Source of the DNA: a virus
IMG/VR virus record: IMGVR_UViG_3300010396_000037
Length of the DNA: 64,000 nucleotides
Reading direction: 5' to 3' (one strand)
The notes under the pieces were generated by a model, which saw only the letters and a program-made list of their open reading frames with translations, was not told the origin of the DNA and did not search any database. A program made the position numbers and the translations under genes. This document shows positions 28,740 to 38,622 of the stretch, piece after piece. Every line of letters begins with the position of its first letter. Within the stretch, counting starts at the first letter, position 1.

Positions 28740-30984
28740 TAAGAAGAACAATATAACTGAAGCATTGGTTAGCAAGAAACCAGCAACTGCTGCTAAGGCT
28801 TTCAATGAAGCGATGGAGCAGAGGATTGATGAGCTCAGCAAGGACACGCTGATGAGGTATATTCCGACGGCTGCGCGTAGGTCACAGGACCTTGCAACAC
28901 GCAACGCCAAAATCAGTGATGCGGTTGACACACTTCCGAGTGGGGCGGTTACGCGTTCACGATCCGCGGAAGATGCAACACGCAACCTGCGGGATGCACT
29001 TCACCGTGACTATCGAGTAATCGATGACAAGATTGACAACCGGATGCATGGAATCCGTACAGCTGCACGCAAGCTCGGCGGCACAGCACGTGTACCGGCA
29101 ACCGACAAGCTGACCAAGGAAGATGTCGAAGAGCAGCGTCTGGACGAGCTGTCGAAAAATACGCTCAAGAATTACGCGAAGAAAGCGTCGTCCACACTGT
29201 TCGGGCTTGGTGCAGCGTCGGCTCTCGACCGTCGAGACGCAGATGCCCTGAGTAAGGAGGGTGACAAGTGGGGATATACCGCCGCGACCGCTGACAAACG
29301 ATTGGAGTTATTTCGCCGATCACGTCATCGCGCGGATCGATCCGTCAAGGATAGACAGAAGGCCGTCAATCGTGTTGCAGGTATTACACGCGCAACCGAT
29401 CGCCTGACCAAGGAAGAAGAACAGATTGGTGAATCTACAGATCATAGAGAACTAGCAATTAAAGGATTCGTGCACCCAGATCATGCCAAGCATTGCAAAG
29501 TTGGGACATATTGTGATTTTTATAGTAAAAGAAATGGGGATAAACTCTATGGCAAGGTGATAAAAAACGATGGCAAAGAAATACACTTTGATATAAAGGG
29601 AGCTCATCATCGTTTTAAGATTGGAGGGGGATTAACTGAAGTAGAAGCCCCTGCAAACTTTTGGAATGCAGGCATGTCAAAGATGAATCCAATTCAAGTA
29701 TCACAGAAACAGCCTGCTGAACCCGGCCAATTCAAAGCCACTCTTGGCAAGACTCCAACTCGTTTGGCTGACCGTGATTCCTCTTTAGAAGGTGCTCCAA
29801 AGGCTGCTCGTGAAGCAACCAATGATGCTGCTACATCCCGCGCCCCAAAAGAGATTGAATTGACAGGTGATTGGCAAGCCGATCTTCCAGATCATCAGTT
29901 TGACCCAAAACTTGATTCTGAAGCTGAATATTATCCTCTATTCAGCCAATTCAAAGCTATGGGTGCAATTCCATCTGGTCCAGCAATGGCTTGGGAAGAA
30001 ACTGAAATCAATGAGTCTACAGCTTTTGATAAATCTTATCAAAAGCATCCAGTGTTTAAGAATAATTTTGGGTCTGTTACGCATGCAGCTGTTTATGGCA
30101 AGGGGGAAAGATTTCATTCCTATAAAAAGGGAGACACGGAGCATAGCTTGAGAATATTGCATCATCCAGAGAACAACGATTATTCTGCTGAACTGAATTC
30201 AACAGCGCATGGATATCGCCGTGCTGGTTGGGCAACGGGTAAAACTTCTCATGAAGCTCTTGATGCAGCTCATAAAAAATACAAAGAAAATATGAAAATG
30301 CCTGAATACATGAAGGAAGACGAGTTATCTGAAATCTCAAAGGAAACTGTCGGCAAGTACATTCATGGCGTTTCCAACAGTTTGTATCAGCTTGGTCAAA
30401 AGCGCAAAGAGCAGGAAATTCAGCGCAGAGATATGAATGACGCACATAACACCTTGTCTAAACTTCATGGTGGCGTCAGCATGGATATGATCAATAATAA
30501 TGAAAAAGACAATAAGAAGATGAATGATATTGAAAATCATAACAGACGCAAAGAATATAATCGCATCAAGGGTCTGGAGAAAGCAGTTGGTAAATTAACA
30601 GGTACAGCGAAAATTCCTGCCGGTGAAAAGCAGCATCCAATTGAGATGATGAAAAGGATCTCAGAAGCGGAAGATAAAAAAAAAGTTGATTTTGTAACTG
30701 AAGAAACTCTGGATGAGGGTCTCTTTGATCCGGCCAAGCATGAGTTACTAGGCCTGTGGGATGAACATGCTCGCCGTGCCGATGCCCACGGATCAGGCTC
30801 TCGCAATGAAATCTTAAAGCGCATTGAAGATCACGTCGCTAAGAAACATGGTCAAGAAGGTCTGAAGAAAATGCGTCTTCATACAGACTTAACAAACGCA
30901 TTGAAGCGTTCTGTAACAGGTGATAAAGGTCATCTGCAAGCATTGCTTGGAAATATGAGAGCGAAATGCGCTCTTGAGGGATAA
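28723..30984 (+). CDS. Modular internal-head polyprotein 1 (753 aa)
   Basis: Three copies of the (I/L)(D/S)E(L/I)SK.T...Y domain plus other modules, separated by acidic (L/I)xE linkers. Confidence 0.6.
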   Translation: MARLTDKKNNITEALVSKKPATAAKAFNEAMEQRIDELSKDTLMRYIPTAARRSQDLATRNAKISDAVDTLPSGAVTRSRSAEDATRNLRDALHRDYRVIDDKIDNRMHGIRTAARKLGGTARVPATDKLTKEDVEEQRLDELSKNTLKNYAKKASSTLFGLGAASALDRRDADALSKEGDKWGYTAATADKRLELFRRSRHRADRSVKDRQKAVNRVAGITRATDRLTKEEEQIGESTDHRELAIKGFVHPDHAKHCKVGTYCDFYSKRNGDKLYGKVIKNDGKEIHFDIKGAHHRFKIGGGLTEVEAPANFWNAGMSKMNPIQVSQKQPAEPGQFKATLGKTPTRLADRDSSLEGAPKAAREATNDAATSRAPKEIELTGDWQADLPDHQFDPKLDSEAEYYPLFSQFKAMGAIPSGPAMAWEETEINESTAFDKSYQKHPVFKNNFGSVTHAAVYGKGERFHSYKKGDTEHSLRILHHPENNDYSAELNSTAHGYRRAGWATGKTSHEALDAAHKKYKENMKMPEYMKEDELSEISKETVGKYIHGVSNSLYQLGQKRKEQEIQRRDMNDAHNTLSKLHGGVSMDMINNNEKDNKKMNDIENHNRRKEYNRIKGLEKAVGKLTGTAKIPAGEKQHPIEMMKRISEAEDKKKVDFVTEETLDEGLFDPAKHELLGLWDEHARRADAHGSGSRNEILKRIEDHVAKKHGQEGLKKMRLHTDLTNALKRSVTGDKGHLQALLGNMRAKCALEG

Positions 30985-30987
30985 GTA

Positions 30988-31554
30988 ATGGCTCTTGTAA
31001 AAACAAAAGAAGGTGAAGACGCAATGAAGGGATATGACTATTCTCGTCATAGCTCTCCAGACAGAAATTATGTACCAGGATATGGCATAAAAAGTCCGCC
31101 ATCTGCTCCTTCTACTATTCCAGACTCTAACGCCAAGTCTTCATCCAAAAGAGACTCATTATCTACCATGTGGCATATCTATGCCAAGAATCATAGTGCC
31201 AATCCTTACACAGAATATCACAAAGCGCATAATGCTAATATCTTCAATCATGTTAAAGAGCATTATGGGATTGAAGTTGCTAAGGCAATGCATGGACATG
31301 CGGAAGCACTTCGCCAAGGTGGTATCTATGCTATCCGCAAGAAATACAACATCATGGAAGACCTTAAGAACAAGGACAAAGTGTTGTCATCTAAGAAACT
31401 TGCTCGCAGATTGATCACAAACTTCAGAGAAAAACAACTCCGCAATCGTAAGAGATTGAAGAAAGTATCACGTGTGTATGCCGATCAATTAAAAGAAGAC
31501 ACATCAAATTCACGTCAATTATTAGAACGTGTGTTTAAGTGTGTTGTCAGATAA
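30988..31554 (+). CDS. Basic prohead-core-like protein (possibly gp68-like)
   Basis: Position in the head cluster; Arg/Lys-rich C-terminus; LKE site. Confidence 0.4.
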   Translation: MALVKTKEGEDAMKGYDYSRHSSPDRNYVPGYGIKSPPSAPSTIPDSNAKSSSKRDSLSTMWHIYAKNHSANPYTEYHKAHNANIFNHVKEHYGIEVAKAMHGHAEALRQGGIYAIRKKYNIMEDLKNKDKVLSSKKLARRLITNFREKQLRNRKRLKKVSRVYADQLKEDTSNSRQLLERVFKCVVR

Positions 31555-31610
31555 ATGATCTAGAACACTAACCCATAACTAAATACATTTGAATTCAAGG
31601 ACTTACGATA

Positions 31611-31961
31611 ATGATTCAGAGCAACCAATTGAAAGGAAGAGTAGTGATTCTTGCTAACACCAGCGAGACACATACTGTTGCCTCATTAGCAAACACTTAT
31701 GAAACTATCCGTGGTGCGAAATTAACACGTGTGTTCTTCAGTGGTAATGTTAGCATCGGAAATAGTAGTGCAACTCTTCTGACGCTTTCCGGAGTAGATC
31801 ATTGGTTGTTAGATGAGAGTGGTGCATCCATTCCTTTTGCTAACACAGATTCTATTGTTTTGACAGTAGCTGCTGGTTCATCAGCTGTTGTGGTAATTGA
31901 TAAGAATGTTACAATCAATGCAAATGCTGCAAGTGCAACTGGCTACATTGCAAACCCATAA
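31611..31961 (+). CDS. Late beta-rich hypothetical (structural) protein
   Basis: CTAAATA promoter at 31579; head cluster. Confidence 0.5.
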   Translation: MIQSNQLKGRVVILANTSETHTVASLANTYETIRGAKLTRVFFSGNVSIGNSSATLLTLSGVDHWLLDESGASIPFANTDSIVLTVAAGSSAVVVIDKNVTINANAASATGYIANP

Positions 31962-31975
31962 GACTAGGAATAGAA

Positions 31976-34726
31976 ATGTCAGATTTTGAACTTATCAATA
32001 AAGTTGCATACAAAATCTATCCTACTCACTTGAAGGAACAAGATGGTGGTTCTTTTTCATGGTTATCAGTGCTTCCGGCCGATGCGAAGAAAAGATTGAT
32101 AGACAGTCAGAGTCATGTTGAAAAGAATAACGCTGGAACGCGTTCTTTGACCCATAAGTTGAAAGATGGTGGTGTTCTTGAATTCAATTTAACCAAACAT
32201 GGGAAGTCTCACATTGCTGTTGCCAAATATCAGAACAAGGGAAAGATCTTTTCTGCTATTCATTCGCATGATGACCCAAGAGAAGCATTAACAACTGCTT
32301 ATAATTCCGTTGGTCGCAGAATTGTGAAGGAAGAAGTTGAACCATTACTCATTGAAAAGATGGCAAAGCGTGTTGAAAAGAAAACAGACAAGATCAGTGA
32401 CAAGAAAGAAAAAATTGACACCAACCCAACTGATCCTGAAAGCATCAAGGAAAGTTTGAATAAAGCACATAAGTGGGCATTGAAAGATCAAACAAGAGAA
32501 GAAGGTGACAGCGTTTATAAAGTGCAGTCGCCAAAATATAGCACCCATGCTATTGTGTATGCAAAAGACAGAAAAGATGCGCATACTAAAGCTATGATGC
32601 TGCACGGATCTGCATATGAAACGCAAAATGTAAAAATTAGAAAGTTGGATGAGGGGCAAGATTCTACATATGCAACACAGGCAGGATGGAGTCCTGATCT
32701 CGTATTCCATGATAAGAAGCTTCCAGAAGTGGGTGGGGATCTAACAGCCAAAGAACATTTGCATATGCACCATGTTCATTCAAGTGCTCGTTTGCGTGCA
32801 ATTGGTAATTATCAGGGAGCAGCTGATCCTGATGCCAAGTTACATTATAAGACTCTAGCAGATGAGCATGATAGACTTGCGAAGAAACATGCACATATCT
32901 ACAACACTATGGCTAAGCATTTCTACAATGAGTTGCGCAACCATCCTGACCCAGCTGTTCGCACCAGGATGGAGAAATTCAAAGGCGATGGTGCTATCTT
33001 GAAAGAAGAACAATTGGATGAGCTCTCCCAGAAAACTCTTGGTCGCTATGTTCAGTCAGCAATGCATGATAGAGCATGGAAAGCCCATGAAATCGGTTAC
33101 ATCAATGGGGTTGCTACGACTGTTGGTACAACAGCAGCTGAACGCGAAGATCGTGATGAACTGAACAAGAAGAACCTGAAGCGCCAAAATGGAATTTACA
33201 AAGCATTGAAGAAGATTGCTCCAGAGGCAATGAAAGAAGAATTTGATCCAAGAAAAGATGGTCGTTATGGTGTTAATAAAGAATACATGGGCAAGCCACA
33301 AAAGCGTCATGTCCTAAGATTTGGCGGTGAATATCTTGGTGACTTTGATACAGATAAAGAAGCTTATGAAGCTGCCAAAGAACATCATAAGAAGATGAAT
33401 GAAAGCGAGTACGACACAGACACCAAAACTGGTATTCTAGCTAATCTTGATTATCATCATGGACGTGAAATCTATCATCGCCAGGCAGCTGAAAAAGCGC
33501 ACAGAACAGCAGCTAAACATGCTCTTGGTAGTGAAAACAATTTGCTTTACAAGTCTGTGGCTCGTGGTAATGAAACCATTGCCAACCATCATGCCAAAAT
33601 GATTAAAGATCTTCATAACAGGTTTGCGCAAGTAAATGAAGATCAATTGAATGAATTGTCTCCTAAGACGCTTGGAAACTATATTGGATATGCTTCTATT
33701 GATGGGCGTGCTAACAGTTATATGGCAGGTTCTCATCATGCTATCGCCAGAGTGGCATCTAATGGCAAGCCGGATGAACATTACATGAAACAAGGTGATA
33801 AAGAGCAAGCTAAAAGCAAGAAGAGACATAATGGTATCGTTCTAGCATCTTCTAAACTTGTTCGTAAAGCGTCTGTGAATGAAGATGAATTGAATGAAAT
33901 TTCAAAAAAGACTTTGGGGTCTTATATTAGCAAAGCTTCTAAAGAGGCTGCTAGATATGCCGCTGGTCAAACAGATGCTCATCACACTGCAATTGCGTAT
34001 CTTAGAGTAAAAAAACCAGCTTCAGATGTTGAACGAACGCGTTCATATGAAACAGCATTGAAAGCTGCAAAAGAACGGAGATTAAAAGGTATTGATAAAG
34101 CAGTTGGCAAGCTTTCTGAAGGACTGGATCATGAACATCCAGATATGAAAGCTTATTATGCTGCGGCAAAAGCAACTGATGAAGCGCATCTAAAATCAAT
34201 CCGCTATCGCATGCATAATGATATCAAGCAATCTGAGCACAAGACTAAATATGACGAATTGAACAATGAATTCCACCGTTTGAAAGATCTAGAACATGCT
34301 GCTCATGAAAAGGTGAGTGGAAAGTTGTTGGCGCATCATCTTGCTCCAGGACTTGTAAAAGAAGAAAAACTGAATGAAGTAGAAGACCATTTTGCTAAAA
34401 TACCTAAAGGACTAGAGTGGGAACTTCACCATGAACGTGGCTTCAGAGGGTCCGTTAGAAGCTATAGATCTAAAGATGGTGAATGGGAAGTAAGACCATA
34501 TCACACGACGGATTATAAGATGGAAGGCAGGTTGCGCAGTGTTGGTGGAACAATGCACAAATTCTATGCTGAAATCCGCCACAAAGATGATCCAATCCCT
34601 CGCATCAAGTCTTTTGGTAGTGTCAAAGGCGAGAACGCTTCTAAAGTAAATGAGAAAGCGGAAAAGATGCATGCTGCTCTGTTGAAAAAGATTCCAAATG
34701 CCGACAAATACCATACGAATTATTAA
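31976..34726 (+). CDS. Modular internal-head polyprotein 2 (916 aa)
   Basis: Three copies of L(D/N)E(L/I)S.KTLG.Y plus His-rich modules between LKE/LDE/MNE/LSE/LNE linkers; directly upstream of gp21. Confidence 0.6.
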   Translation: MSDFELINKVAYKIYPTHLKEQDGGSFSWLSVLPADAKKRLIDSQSHVEKNNAGTRSLTHKLKDGGVLEFNLTKHGKSHIAVAKYQNKGKIFSAIHSHDDPREALTTAYNSVGRRIVKEEVEPLLIEKMAKRVEKKTDKISDKKEKIDTNPTDPESIKESLNKAHKWALKDQTREEGDSVYKVQSPKYSTHAIVYAKDRKDAHTKAMMLHGSAYETQNVKIRKLDEGQDSTYATQAGWSPDLVFHDKKLPEVGGDLTAKEHLHMHHVHSSARLRAIGNYQGAADPDAKLHYKTLADEHDRLAKKHAHIYNTMAKHFYNELRNHPDPAVRTRMEKFKGDGAILKEEQLDELSQKTLGRYVQSAMHDRAWKAHEIGYINGVATTVGTTAAEREDRDELNKKNLKRQNGIYKALKKIAPEAMKEEFDPRKDGRYGVNKEYMGKPQKRHVLRFGGEYLGDFDTDKEAYEAAKEHHKKMNESEYDTDTKTGILANLDYHHGREIYHRQAAEKAHRTAAKHALGSENNLLYKSVARGNETIANHHAKMIKDLHNRFAQVNEDQLNELSPKTLGNYIGYASIDGRANSYMAGSHHAIARVASNGKPDEHYMKQGDKEQAKSKKRHNGIVLASSKLVRKASVNEDELNEISKKTLGSYISKASKEAARYAAGQTDAHHTAIAYLRVKKPASDVERTRSYETALKAAKERRLKGIDKAVGKLSEGLDHEHPDMKAYYAAAKATDEAHLKSIRYRMHNDIKQSEHKTKYDELNNEFHRLKDLEHAAHEKVSGKLLAHHLAPGLVKEEKLNEVEDHFAKIPKGLEWELHHERGFRGSVRSYRSKDGEWEVRPYHTTDYKMEGRLRSVGGTMHKFYAEIRHKDDPIPRIKSFGSVKGENASKVNEKAEKMHAALLKKIPNADKYHTNY

Positions 34727-34735
34727 GGTAGGAAC

Positions 34736-35395
34736 ATGAAACTCTTAGTTGAAGAAATTGAAAATTCAGAAGTTCTTGTTGAAGAAGTGAATGGTGTTAA
34801 GAACCATTACATCAAAGGTATATTTTTGCAAGCCGGAATCAAGAACAAGAATGGTCGCATTTATCCTCCTGAAATCATGGAGAATGAAGTCAATCGTTAT
34901 GTTAAGGATTGCGTGAACAAGAACACTGCTTATGGTGAGTTGGGTCACCCAGCAAATCCGCAGATCAATCTTGAGCGTGTTTCTCATTTGATCAAAGAAC
35001 TTCATCGCGATGGAAACAACTTCATTGGTAAGGCTCAATTAATCAATGAGGGAATGGGTAAGATTGCAATTGGTCTTCTTCAAGCAGGCGCTAACCTTGG
35101 TGTATCAAGTCGCGCGCTTGGTTCTGTTCAGCAAAAGAACGGCATCATGGAAGTTCAGAAAGACTTCCGTTTGATGACTGCTGCTGACATCGTATCCAAT
35201 CCATCTGCTCCTGATGCCTTCGTTCAAGGCTTGATGGAATCAGCTGAATGGGTTTGGGATAATGGTGTGTTGGTCGAGAAACAACTTGTTGCAGCAAAGA
35301 ATGAGATCAATACCGCAGTTGCTACTCAAGACTCACGCAAGGTCAATGAAGCGTTCTTGAGAGTTTGGAATCAGTTCTTGGGAGAGCAAAAATAA
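34736..35395 (+). CDS. 21: Prohead protease gp21
   Basis: YIKGIFLQA..KNKNGRIYP, GELGHP, GVSSRALGS, DIVSNPSAPDAFV. Confidence 0.95.
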   Translation: MKLLVEEIENSEVLVEEVNGVKNHYIKGIFLQAGIKNKNGRIYPPEIMENEVNRYVKDCVNKNTAYGELGHPANPQINLERVSHLIKELHRDGNNFIGKAQLINEGMGKIAIGLLQAGANLGVSSRALGSVQQKNGIMEVQKDFRLMTAADIVSNPSAPDAFVQGLMESAEWVWDNGVLVEKQLVAAKNEINTAVATQDSRKVNEAFLRVWNQFLGEQK

Positions 35396-35538
35396 TGGGC
35401 ATTCTAGGAACAGTTCTAGTTGTTTTGGGTATAGCGGTCGCTGGTTTAATCGGTTGGGGTGTCTTGATGGTCTTCGCTAGAGGTATGAGCGATGTTCCTT
35501 TGGATGCTCATAAGTCCACCGAAGATACAGAAAACTAA
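35395..35538 (+). CDS. 47-aa membrane protein between gp21 and gp22
   Basis: Translated by hand: MGILGTVLVVLGIAVAGLIGWGVLMVFARG...; TAATG coupling to the gp21 stop. Confidence 0.5.
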   Translation: MGILGTVLVVLGIAVAGLIGWGVLMVFARGMSDVPLDAHKSTEDTEN

Positions 35539-35597
35539 ATACATATTTGAATTCATTGGTGAAATGCAATCACCAAACCCCAATTGGAGTTTTTAAC

Positions 35598-36698
35598 ATG
35601 GCAGACAAGAAAACAAAGAAGACAGTTGCTGAAGAATTTCGTTCATCTTTTGGCGTAAACGCAACTGTTCCAGAACCAGTCGCTGTTGGTAATGCTCACG
35701 CAGGTCGTGCAGCTGACCAAACAACTGATCCATCTGGTGGTGAACCAACAGCATTCGCTGGTCAACCAGGTTCTGAGCAACCAACTCGTAATGAAATGTT
35801 GGCCCATCTTTTCGATAATCTAGCAGGAACTGATCCAGTTCAATTGCAAGGCTTGTACGCTGAGTATTGCAAACTTGGTGGTTTTGGCGCGGATACTCAT
35901 TCAGGTCGTGCGGCTGACCAAGCGACTTCAGAAGCTATTCCTACTTCCTATGGTAATGTAAAGGAAGATGTAGAGCTTGTGCTGAAGAACACCAATCTTG
36001 ATGAAACAGTGATTGCACGTGCTGCTACATTGTTTGAAGCAGCTGTTAAGAATCGCGTGTTGACTCTTCAGGTTGAATCTGAAAAAGCATTTGAAGAGAA
36101 ACTTGCAGCAGCTATTGCTGAAAAGATTGCAGAACTCGATGAAACTAATTCTACTTACATGGATTATGTTGCAGCTGAATGGGCAAAAGAGAATGAAGTT
36201 GCCATTGAACATAACATCCGCACAGAGTTGGCAGAAAGTCTTCTTAGTGGCTTGAAGGATTTGTTCGAGAAGCATTACATCAACATCCCTGAAGACAAAA
36301 TTGATGTTGTTGAGAAACTTGCAGAAGAAGTTGAGACTCTTCAATCCCAATTGGATGAAGCTAAGGCTCAATTGATTGAACAGCAAGCTGAAGTTGATGC
36401 TGAGAACGCACAGCGTAAGCAGGTTGTTGAAGAAGTTTCTAAGGACTTGACAGAAACCCAGAAAGATCGTTTGTCAATGCTTTCAGAATCCATCGACTTC
36501 ACTTCCATTGAAGAATTCAAAACCATCCTTGAGACAGTTGCTGAAGACTTCATTAAGACTTCAGTGAAGGCAACAGACGCCACAGAAACTTTGGATGAAC
36601 AAGTAACTCTGTTGACTGAAGAACAGGTTGATGATACTGATGCTGATCCACAAATTGCTCGCTTGGCGAAAGATGTTGGTCGCCTAGGCAAAGCGTGA
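35598..36698 (+). CDS. 22: Prohead core scaffold gp22
   Basis: A.TLFEAAV, YMDYV..EW..EN..AIE, GLK.LF..HYI.IPEDK.DVV. Confidence 0.9.
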   Translation: MADKKTKKTVAEEFRSSFGVNATVPEPVAVGNAHAGRAADQTTDPSGGEPTAFAGQPGSEQPTRNEMLAHLFDNLAGTDPVQLQGLYAEYCKLGGFGADTHSGRAADQATSEAIPTSYGNVKEDVELVLKNTNLDETVIARAATLFEAAVKNRVLTLQVESEKAFEEKLAAAIAEKIAELDETNSTYMDYVAAEWAKENEVAIEHNIRTELAESLLSGLKDLFEKHYINIPEDKIDVVEKLAEEVETLQSQLDEAKAQLIEQQAEVDAENAQRKQVVEEVSKDLTETQKDRLSMLSESIDFTSIEEFKTILETVAEDFIKTSVKATDATETLDEQVTLLTEEQVDDTDADPQIARLAKDVGRLGKA

Positions 36699-36779
36699 TT
36701 GGTAGAAAAAGTAGAAATATAAATAAAGCCCGTAAACAACAATAACTTAGCAAGTTGCAAAACCAGGAGAGATTCTAAC

Positions 36780-38081
36780 ATGTTTACAACTGATACCCTT
36801 TTGAATAAGTGGAAACCAATTCTGGAGCATGCAGAACTCCCAGAAATTAAAGACAAGCATCGTCGTGAAGTAACTTGCCAAGTGCTTGAGAATACATGGG
36901 CAACGATGCAGGACAGCAATTCCTTCGCTGCTCCACAGCGTTTGGATGAGTTGGATGCTCCATCAACCAACATCAGTGGCGGCATTCAGGTTTATGATCC
37001 TGTGTTGATCACTTTGATCCGTCGCGCATTGCCTAACCTTATCGCTTATGATATTGCTGGTGTCCAGCCTTTGACTGGTCCTACTGGTTTGATCTTTGCG
37101 TTGGTTCCAAGCTACACCAACCAGACTGGTACAAATGCGTTCTACAATGAACCAAATACCCAGTTCTCTACTGTTGTTGCTGGTAACAGCACAATGGGCC
37201 AGGCTCATACTGGTACACTTCCATCCAGCAATACTTCTTTGTACAACTATGCACAGGCCATGGCTACTGCACAGGCTGAAGCATTGGGTACAACTGGTAA
37301 TACAGACTTTGCACAGATGGCTGTGTCCGTTGCTAAGGTTTCAGCAACTGCTGGTTCACGCGCATTGAAAGCTGAATACACAATGGAAATGGCGCAGGAC
37401 TTGAAGGCAATTCATGGTCTTGATGCTGAGACTGAATTGGCTAACATCCTTGCTGTTGAGTTGTTGGCTGAAATCAACCGTGAAATCATCCGTACCGTTA
37501 ACATCTCTGCTTTGCAGGGTGCTGCTACTTGTGTAACTCCAGGCACCTTCGACATGGACGTTGACTCAAACGGTCGTTGGTCAGTTGAAAAGTTCAAAGG
37601 TTTGCATTACCAGTTGGAACGTGAATGCAACGCGATCGCTAAGGCAACTCGTCGTGGCCGTGGTAACATCGTAATCTGCTCAAGTGACGTTGCTTCCGCT
37701 TTGCAGATGGCTGGTGTTCTAAGCTACACTCCCGCTTTGGCTGGTAATGATTTGCAGGTAGATGATACCGGACCTACATTCGTAGGATTGTTGAACAACC
37801 ACATCCGTGTTTACATTGACCCATATACAACTGGTGACTATGTAACCACTGGATATAAGGGTGTCAACACAATGGATGCAGGTTTGTTCTACTGCCCATA
37901 TGTACCTTTGCAGATGGTGCGTGGTGTGAATGAGTCAAGCTTGCAACCAAAGATTGGCTTCAAGACCCGTTATGCGGTTGTTGCAAACCCATTCGCTCCT
38001 GGTGCTCCAGTTGGTACAGGTGCGTTGAGTCCTTTGAGCAACGTGTTCTATCGCTCATTCGCTGTTGCAAATATCATGTAA
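36780..38081 (+). CDS. 23: Major capsid protein gp23
   Basis: DPVLI.LIRRA.PNLIAYDI.GVQP..GPTGLIFA, SRALKAEY..E.AQDLKAIHGLDAE.EL, DAGLFYCPYVPLQ, QPKIGFKTRY. Confidence 0.97.
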   Translation: MFTTDTLLNKWKPILEHAELPEIKDKHRREVTCQVLENTWATMQDSNSFAAPQRLDELDAPSTNISGGIQVYDPVLITLIRRALPNLIAYDIAGVQPLTGPTGLIFALVPSYTNQTGTNAFYNEPNTQFSTVVAGNSTMGQAHTGTLPSSNTSLYNYAQAMATAQAEALGTTGNTDFAQMAVSVAKVSATAGSRALKAEYTMEMAQDLKAIHGLDAETELANILAVELLAEINREIIRTVNISALQGAATCVTPGTFDMDVDSNGRWSVEKFKGLHYQLERECNAIAKATRRGRGNIVICSSDVASALQMAGVLSYTPALAGNDLQVDDTGPTFVGLLNNHIRVYIDPYTTGDYVTTGYKGVNTMDAGLFYCPYVPLQMVRGVNESSLQPKIGFKTRYAVVANPFAPGAPVGTGALSPLSNVFYRSFAVANIM

Positions 38082-38103
38082 TTGACTTTTGCTTAGTCAG
38101 AAC

Positions 38104-38133
38104 AATCCCCGGAGAAATCCGGGGATTTTTTTT
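38104..38133 (+). terminator. Rho-independent terminator after gp23
   Basis: AATCCCCGGA-GAAA-TCCGGGGATT followed by a T run. Confidence 0.9.
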
Positions 38134-38184
38134 GTATAGAGCTGCGCTAGCATAACGTCCTGATCAATTATGAAGGATGTTATC

Positions 38185-38619
38185 ATGAGCTTTTTCTATG
38201 ATGCCAAGAATGAGGAAGTGTGTTTCGGACGTATTGCCTCCGTGGTTGGAATTGTCATTGTTTTGCTGGTTGCTCTTATGATGGGTGGTTGCCCTCAATA
38301 CAATGTTTGGCAGCAACGCTTACAGGGTGAAGCGGCATTAGCACGCGCAAGCCAAGACCGACAGATCGCTGTGCAAGAAGCTAATGCGAAGAAGGAAGCT
38401 GCGGTATCACTTGCGGCAGCTGAAGTTGAACGTGCTAAGGGTGTAGCGCAGGCTAACAAGATCATTGGCGATAGCTTGAAGAACAACGAAGATTATCTCC
38501 GCTATCTGTTTGTGAATAACCTTGCAGAAACCAAAGATCAGATCATTTATGTTCCCACAGAAGCACAACTTCCTATTCTTGAAGCCAACCGACATACCCC
38601 CAATTCCGCGGAGCAGTAA
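38185..38619 (+). CDS. Membrane-anchored coiled-coil protein (SPFH-like tail)
   Basis: TM segment, then P.YNVWQQ...GEA.LA.A, A.GVA.AN.IIG.SL, IYVPTEA.LPILEA. Confidence 0.6.
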   Translation: MSFFYDAKNEEVCFGRIASVVGIVIVLLVALMMGGCPQYNVWQQRLQGEAALARASQDRQIAVQEANAKKEAAVSLAAAEVERAKGVAQANKIIGDSLKNNEDYLRYLFVNNLAETKDQIIYVPTEAQLPILEANRHTPNSAEQ

Positions 38620-38622
38620 AAC

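Noticed and set aside
36368-36985. Long antisense ORFs (e.g. 36368-36985, 62051-62662, 9474-9998, 58967-59473)
   Set aside because: They shadow well-supported genes on the other strand and lack an RBS or recognisable motifs.
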